The notes below the pieces were generated by a model, which saw only the letters and a program-made list of their open reading frames with translations, did no database searches and was not told where the DNA came from. A stretch of 64,000 nt of DNA. Source: Azolla caroliniana (lineage: Eukaryota; Plantae; Polypodiophyta). Shown here in pieces: positions 62,301 through 64,000 of the stretch (positions are counted from its first letter, which is position 1; each line of letters opens with the position of its first letter). The translations under genes and the position numbers were made by a program. The stretch lies in contig JBHGNT010000015.1 of assembly GCA_043228905.1 (NCBI GenBank), positions 14,322,001-14,386,000 of the forward strand. Direction: 5' to 3'.

Positions 62301-63283
62301 GGGATAGTCCGGACAGCCAGAGGAAACCCCACACTTGTACCATAAGTACGAAATTTTGGCTCTCCGAACACAGAGATTGTACAATAGCCGGTATCGGTGG
62401 ACCCATACGTCTGAAGCAAGTTGAAAGACATTTGAAGGAATGTGGAGCCTTGGACCCGAACGATTCGATTAGCAGCGCCATGGAGGCAGTCTCATTCGTC
62501 GACACCCTGGGGGAAATCAAGAGGGTAGTCGAGGAGGATCTGAGCGAAGATCGGATCATACTGGTTAATTCGGTCGAGCTGTACGAAGTCATCGTCGACT
62601 TTGGGAGGATGGTCAGGTTGGATCGGATGGCCAGAGTAAATTAGAAATACAAGAATATGGATTAGAAAGTGAGGCTATCGCGGGTCCCTTGCCCGACGAT
62701 AGCTGGGAGCGGATGAAGGGGGTTGCGACAGACCTCAGTTTGTGAGATCTGGCTAACACAAGACATTGGTTTATCGACGAGAAGCTACGGGAGCTGAAGA
62801 TCGGTGGGGGTGGCTTCCTACTGCCGACGGAGGAGGACTAGTTTCAGAGTATGCTTGGGAGGCATGGGAAAGCCTTCGCATTCTCGTTGGGGGAGATCGG
62901 GTGCGTCGACCCGAAAATCGTGGAACCAATGGTGATCTTCACATTCCAGTACCGAGAGCTCACATCCCGAAGCTAATGGAGCTGCTCAAGCAGAAGGTCG
63001 AAATGGGTATCCTTGAACTGTCGAGTACCCCTTATTCGAATATGCTTTACGATGCCGAAGAAGAAGGACACACTGTGCTTCATTTAGGACCTGCAGTCGG
63101 TCAACAAAGTGGCCATTTGGAATGCCAAGATCGGTAGGGATCTGCCCAACGATTGATGAGTTCGCATAGGACTTCACTGGAAGGTCGATCCAATCGATCG
63201 GGGACCTATACTCAGGGTATGACCAATTCCAGTTGGTCGTGGAAAGTGGGGATATCACGATGATGTGAACCCCTCTTGGCGTA
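59383..63283 (+). mobile_element. Ty3/gypsy 5' portion: LTR 59383-60128, tRNA-Trp PBS 60133-60150, decayed gag-PR-RT
   Basis: TGTC..CGCGACA LTR preceded by ACGT. PBS TGGTGAACTCGACGTGAA, gag from ATG 60173 (GRFNGKDVT), knuckle CMGCDAVGHIRREC, protease ALIDHGSEIN, RT DLYSGYDQFQL..PLG. Confidence 0.88.
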
Positions 63284-64000
63284 GTTTGGAAACAGGTCCC
63301 TCCGGATGCGAAGGGAGAAGAACAGTGCTGATGAGCAAACACGGCTGAGGCCGAAATCAGATGAGAAGTAACCGGCTACGGAGAGCCGGATAGCGCAGAC
63401 CCGGTGAGAACCGGATGAGGAGTACCCGGCTACGGAGAGCCGGATGGCGCAAACCCGGTGAGAACCGGATGAGGAGTACTCGGCTACGGAGAGCCGGATG
63501 GCGCAGACCCGGTGAGAACCGGATGAGGAGTACTCGGCTACGGAGAACCGGATGGTGCAGACCTAGTGAGAACCGGATGACGAGTGCCCGGCAAGATCCG
63601 GATGATGCAGGCCCGGTGAGGAGCGCTCTCCGGATGAAGAGACATATTCGTAAATATGTTTCTGAGAGTCCATCGTGGCTATAATTGTAAATAGCCGAAA
63701 AGTCATATTAGTATAAATATGACTTAGGGCAAACTTTTGCTGGGGGCTGTTATCATTCTTGTTGGTGCAAGACTAGAGAGCCAGTAACAGTGTACAGAGA
63801 GAGAGAGAGAGAGAGAGAGGAAGAGGTCGTTGCCTCTATTGTAACCTCCACCTGTGGCGAAGATCGTGAGCACGAGGTTGTTGCCTCTGTGAACTCACTG
63901 TTGTAATCATTGTGATATAGTGATAGTTTGGAGTCGGTGGACTTCCATGGTTTTTCCCTCTCAGGGTTTTTCCACGTTAAACATCCTGTGCACTCTTCTC
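63284..64000 (+). mobile_element. Tork-like copia LTR (runs off the window) with 54-bp tandem repeats
   Basis: GTATAAATATGACTTAGGGCAAAC and CCATGGTTTTTCCC..GGGTTTTTTCCACGTTAA are shared with the copia-2 and solo LTRs. About 4.5 copies of a 54-bp unit at 63360-63600. The left boundary is approximate. Confidence 0.8.

Noticed and set aside
63415-63684. ORF of 18-aa repeats (MRSTRLRRAGW..)
   Set aside because: By-product of 54-bp tandem repeats inside an LTR.

Overview
Eukaryotic land-plant DNA, probably from a non-seed plant. That guess rests only on the transposon lineages, so it is an inference. The window is mostly a deeply nested transposon landscape holding two intact spliced host genes on the minus strand: a PBS1/PBL27-type receptor-like cytoplasmic kinase (RLCK VII, 5 exons, ~420 aa) and an NCL-type EF-hand Na+/Ca2+ exchanger (7 exons, ~596 aa). 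Ty1/copia elements include one fully intact young copy (14734-20063, TSD ACATA), one near-intact copy with a single stop, and several decayed or nested copies and solo LTRs. A Ty3/gypsy lineage here has a tRNA-Trp primer-binding site and appears to insert at 4-bp CG-centred sites. There are also three hAT-type MITEs, a LINE tail and a chromovirus remnant. The most notable result is an 8-exon gene that I reconstructed by hand (TPxK repeats, unknown domain, coiled coil, RING-H2, acidic repeats). It lies inside a probable DNA transposon, convergent with a transposase-like C-terminus. A second transposon-like segment carries a Ulp1 SUMO-protease remnant. All coordinates were read by eye and no database searches were run.
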